A DNA stretch of 63,796 bases, the filler included, from Rhabdomonas costata (taxonomy: Eukaryota): NCBI GenBank assembly GCA_019059605.1. It is 19 parts of 19 records of this genome, joined end to end, with 100 filler letters (N's around TTAATTAATTAA, not from the genome) between each part and the next. Parts side by side here need not be neighbours in the genome. Positions count along the whole stretch, not along the records: positions 57,178 to 60,437 come from JAHMHO010001107.1; positions 60,538 to 63,796 come from JAHMHO010001108.1; 17 more parts are not named here. The stretch is one strand, 5' to 3'. Under the pieces are notes generated by a model. It ran no database searches. It saw only the letters and a list, made by a program, of their open reading frames with translations, and had not been told where the DNA came from. Numbering within the stretch: the first letter of the stretch is position 1; each line of letters starts with the position of its first letter. Positions 59,921 through 63,796 of the stretch are shown here, one piece after another. Made by a program: the position numbers and the translations under genes.

Positions 59921-62900
59921 CTGTAAGTCCCAGACGAAAAAAAGGAAAAGAAAGTAGATGCAGGGGAAAGACCTGCAAGGTGATGCAAACCGAAAAAAAA
60001 GCTTTGGCCCTTGGGATGTGCCAGGTCAAAAGTGAGTGGCGAAAAAAAAACACAGGCAGACTCACCCAGACATCTGAAAACCATCGGTAAACTCAAGGAT
60101 ACGGACACCACACTGTGGCGCTTTGAACGCAAACAGAAGCAATTCTACAGTCCAGGTTTACAGGGGATGACAGTTTTACTATCCTAAACCCTCTGTAAGT
60201 CCAAACCCTGACTTTGTGGTAGCACGTTTCTCATCTCTCACTTTTGAAGTGACAAGGGCGATATAATAGACGGGAGGGCCCTGGTCAGCACGCTCATCTA
60301 ACTACATAACTACAAAAGTAGTGATCCACTTTCCGCTTGCCACCTTTCGGTGCGGCCCCTCAAATACCAACAGGATACGATTCAATACCGGAAAGCGCAG
60401 GTTGAATCAGTGTGCGCGCGCGTTGACCCCACCACACNNNNNNNNNNNNNNNNNNNNNNNNNNNNNNNNNNNNNNNNNNNNTTAATTAATTAANNNNNNN
60501 NNNNNNNNNNNNNNNNNNNNNNNNNNNNNNNNNNNNNGTGAACGTATCAGGACGCAAAGCCGTGCGATGTCGAGCGTGGCGATCATTACGTGGATGCCTC
60601 CTGCATGTCCTTTGAAGAAGAGGAGTACGAGTTTGATTATGGCTCTGGTGGGGAGGAGGATGACGAAGAATAGTAATGGAAGTGCAGTGCTGCTTCCTGT
60701 GTGATGGCGCGGCTCCGTTTCTTTTTCGCGCCGAATTATGTTGTCTCACCCCTGTCCTTTGTGCTTCGCTTGAGAATTGGACAATGGAGATGCTGTTGCA
60801 GATCCAACCCCCCTGCCAGTGTCGCTGTGCTTCTTGCTTCTGCCGTGGTGTTCCTACCTTCATCAGTGTCTCTAGTAATTTCTGTATCTTTGTGGTGGGT
60901 GGATGTGGAGGCCCAGCCACGGTCCTCCCCGTTTGGCGGGCAGTGAACCGTGCTGAAACTTTGGCATTTTCGAGCAAGACGGTGGTTGTCAGAGCGTGGG
61001 TTGGCCCCACCTCGCCCTGCGCTCGCGCTGCTGTCGTCTCATTGCTCGGGACCAGCATTTCTCCACACGCCCTGCTGGGCCTCTCCCACCCCTTGGGTTT
61101 TGCGACGTTTATGTTGCTGCTCTCGCTTGCTGTGTTGATTTGTGGTGTGCTGTCTCGCAGTTAATGGGGTGAACACAAACACACGCTCACTCACACCCAC
61201 TGCGATTGCTACTTTCCCGCACCCCTTCGTCGCTTGGTGGCAACGTGCCGAAGCTGGGAGACGTTTCGTGAACGCCTGCGATGCCTTTTATTACCGAGGA
61301 GGAAAGTCTGTTGTGACCAGCAGCGCCGCACTTCAGGATCAATTCTGAAAATTCAACCAGACCCCGTCACTTTCAGCTGGCTGGAAGACAACGCCGAGTT
61401 GGCTGGAAATCTGCGGTACGTCCTTTTCGTCTCTTTTGCGCAGAAGATAGTGTGAGGCAATGAACTTCATTACTTCGTGCACATATCACATATCTTGGTT
61501 CTAATGACTACCCTATGACTACCCTATGTGCTGCAATTTTTGTCCTTGCGCTGGACACCTTCGCTATGTACGCAATGCTTTTTGCCGTGCTGAAGGAGGC
61601 TGGTGAGGGTAAAGGCCGCTAGGACGTAACACTTGAGTGGGATTAGTCACTCATATCTCTTAATTGGGCACTGTTGTGCGAAAAGATCTCGTATTCTACC
61701 GCCTTTCCGTTGCCATAAAGGCGCGGTCCTATTGGCGCGTACGCCGTTGATTTTATTCAAGATACCCCCGGCGTTGGTTGTGGTCCGTTGGGACTGCACT
61801 GGGTGCGGTGATCAAAACGACTATTGTGTGAAAGCGGTGCTGGCACCGTTGAATGCTCGAATATGCGACCGCGTCAACAACAAGCGCCTTAGAAATGTGA
61901 GAAAATTTCCAACCGCTTTTCCTCTTACGGAAAAGCTACAAATTTACAAAAGAAACGGAAGGGCCTTGAAAAAGGCGAAGTCAAATAATCCGGCAAACAG
62001 GAGCTTGCATCATGCGTCAAGCAACATGTTTGCAACGCGCAAAAAAAACCACGTTACCAGGGCTAAATCCTCATAACAATCATAGTTGCCGGGCTTTGAG
62101 AAAACCATGCCATTAAATCAAACTCCGAGGTTTGCACTGTTGTAAGTTGAATCGACCCTTTGACATTGGAAACAATGCGCGCGGGTTTTGGAATCGCCGC
62201 GGGGCAAAGCTCGGGCGGATGGTGGCGCGCTGCTCGCTTTAACGGCCCTCCTAATGTCAGAAACCGAATCTTCCTCCACGGCCAGGATCACCCCTTGCCT
62301 GGAAACACATACTCACTTCATACTCGCTTTCACCTACGCTGTTCCCCTCTGCCCCATAACCCTTGTAATTTTCGTGCTTTTCTTACTGCGTTTGGATCCC
62401 TTTTGTACCGCTTTTCCCCCAAGGACAATTCGGTCACTCAATGCGACCGGTTTGTTTTTAAATTTACAACCGCTTTAGACCAAAATTAAAGGAATCCAAT
62501 TGGAAACCCCTTTTTCTAGACCAAAACTCCCATCCCCACAAAACTACCGGATTTGACCCGAAAACTTAGCCCAATGAATTTTTGTAAATATTTCCCATTC
62601 TTCCCATGCACATTTGTGTTCCTTTTCCAAGTGTTTACACACTCTTCTCCCCTCCTTCAATTCCAGTATTTTCCTAATTCCGAAGTGAACGTGGAAGCTG
62701 TGTGTGTTTTTGGTTTCCTTCTAACGCCTTTGTTTTGGGATTGGGAAAGAGATAACTTTAAACTGAATTCCTACCAAAATCAGCGACGTATTTTGTAAAT
62801 TAAGTAAGTATCAGTAAACCTGGCCCTGAGCCCAGTACAAGGTTCGGGAGACCAAGCCCTTTGAGTAGCGTGGAGGGTGATTCGCAACTTGCTACCTTGA

Positions 62901-63796
62901 AGTTCGTCGATGAAAGTGCTTTATACTTTTCTATTTCGAAGGACGTTGGACTGTGGTATTCTTAACTCCTGCAGTAAACAAAATAATAGCCACGTTGAAA
63001 AGAAATTGATTAATGGAAAGTGTCAGAAGGCGGAAATGCATAAAGAGCATGTTGCGGCGCTCTTCAATTTGAATTCAAAATTTGCATAGGCTGTCGGTTA
63101 ATGGCGAGAAACGGAATCGAGATGCCGTTTCAAAGTCATGACCCTGGCAGCTTATGATGAACAAGAGAAAGTTTTCAGATAAGTCAACAAGTGAAGACGT
63201 CGAGCCCTCTCGGTGATACTGTTCTGGAAGACGTTCCACAACAACACCCAAGTCCATGAAAAAGCAAAAATGGCTGCAAATTAACGGAAGATATACAAAT
63301 AGATAATTTCAGTGAAAAGATGAGAAATTTCATAACGGAAGCATTCCATCTTTTGGCCTTGCTACAAGGAAACTAAATGCATTGAAGCGAATTCCAATAT
63401 CACCACGTAAAAACACAAAACCTGTGTACGGCCTATCTGCAAATGGTGGTATCTTTGAAGCACATAATATCGCACACTTTTCTTGACGTTATTGTGCGCA
63501 CGAGTTCGCTTGATTCTGGTGGACGTCAAGAACACTCCACAATCATCTGCTCCTAGAGAATTGTGGTACCTAAGAATCATTTCTAATTCCCGCTGGAAAT
63601 GCACCAAACCTTCCCAGCTCGCAAAACCTGCTATGGTGCCACTTTGTATGGTCCAACTATTCTGCAGTGCTTAATGAAATTGAAATGCATCTCCGAACTA
63701 ATAGATTAAGCAAGTAAACGGACCACCAAACCTCTGGATTACATGCTGCTGTCACCATTAAAGGTGAAAAATATGTCAATAGAACACCACCCCCAC

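Noticed and set aside
1-63796. Functional clustering or operon among the genes, e.g. the ciliary RABL2 and dynein-2
   Set aside because: They lie on separate contigs ordered by length, so adjacency across linkers is meaningless.
60538-63796. ORFs 60676-61164, 62188-62478 and 63362-63607
   Set aside because: No family motifs or convincing splice structure; cannot be supported.

Overview
This is not one locus. It is 19 unrelated ~3.26-3.28 kb eukaryotic contigs joined by 100-nt artificial linkers (N44-TTAATTAATTAA-N44). Contig ends are G/T-only at the 5' side and C/A-only at the 3' side, and two contigs start with fold-back palindromes, which points to whole-genome-amplified material. The contigs carry intron-rich, GC-rich-exon genes of a flagellated protist; a euglenozoan/euglenid-like identity is my inference, not proven. 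Recognisable genes: WD40 protein, sarcalumenin/EHD-like GTPase, two-RRM protein, divergent NDK, SET-domain protein, glutathione synthetase, saccharopine dehydrogenase, EF-hand protein, a complete RABL2, TRM6, DMC1, dynein-2 heavy chain, CLC transporter and a FAMeT-domain/Cys-rich protein. There is also a frameshifted DEAH helicase and remnants of Ty3/Gypsy, CRE-like and OTU-bearing elements. The most interesting signal is in the introns. All reconstructed junctions are GT/GC-AG, but many have weak donors and G/purine-rich acceptors with no polypyrimidine tract, and in those the two intron ends are complementary. This suggests structure-guided splice-site pairing alongside ordinary polypyrimidine introns. 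All calls are by eye; no searches or folding programs were run.
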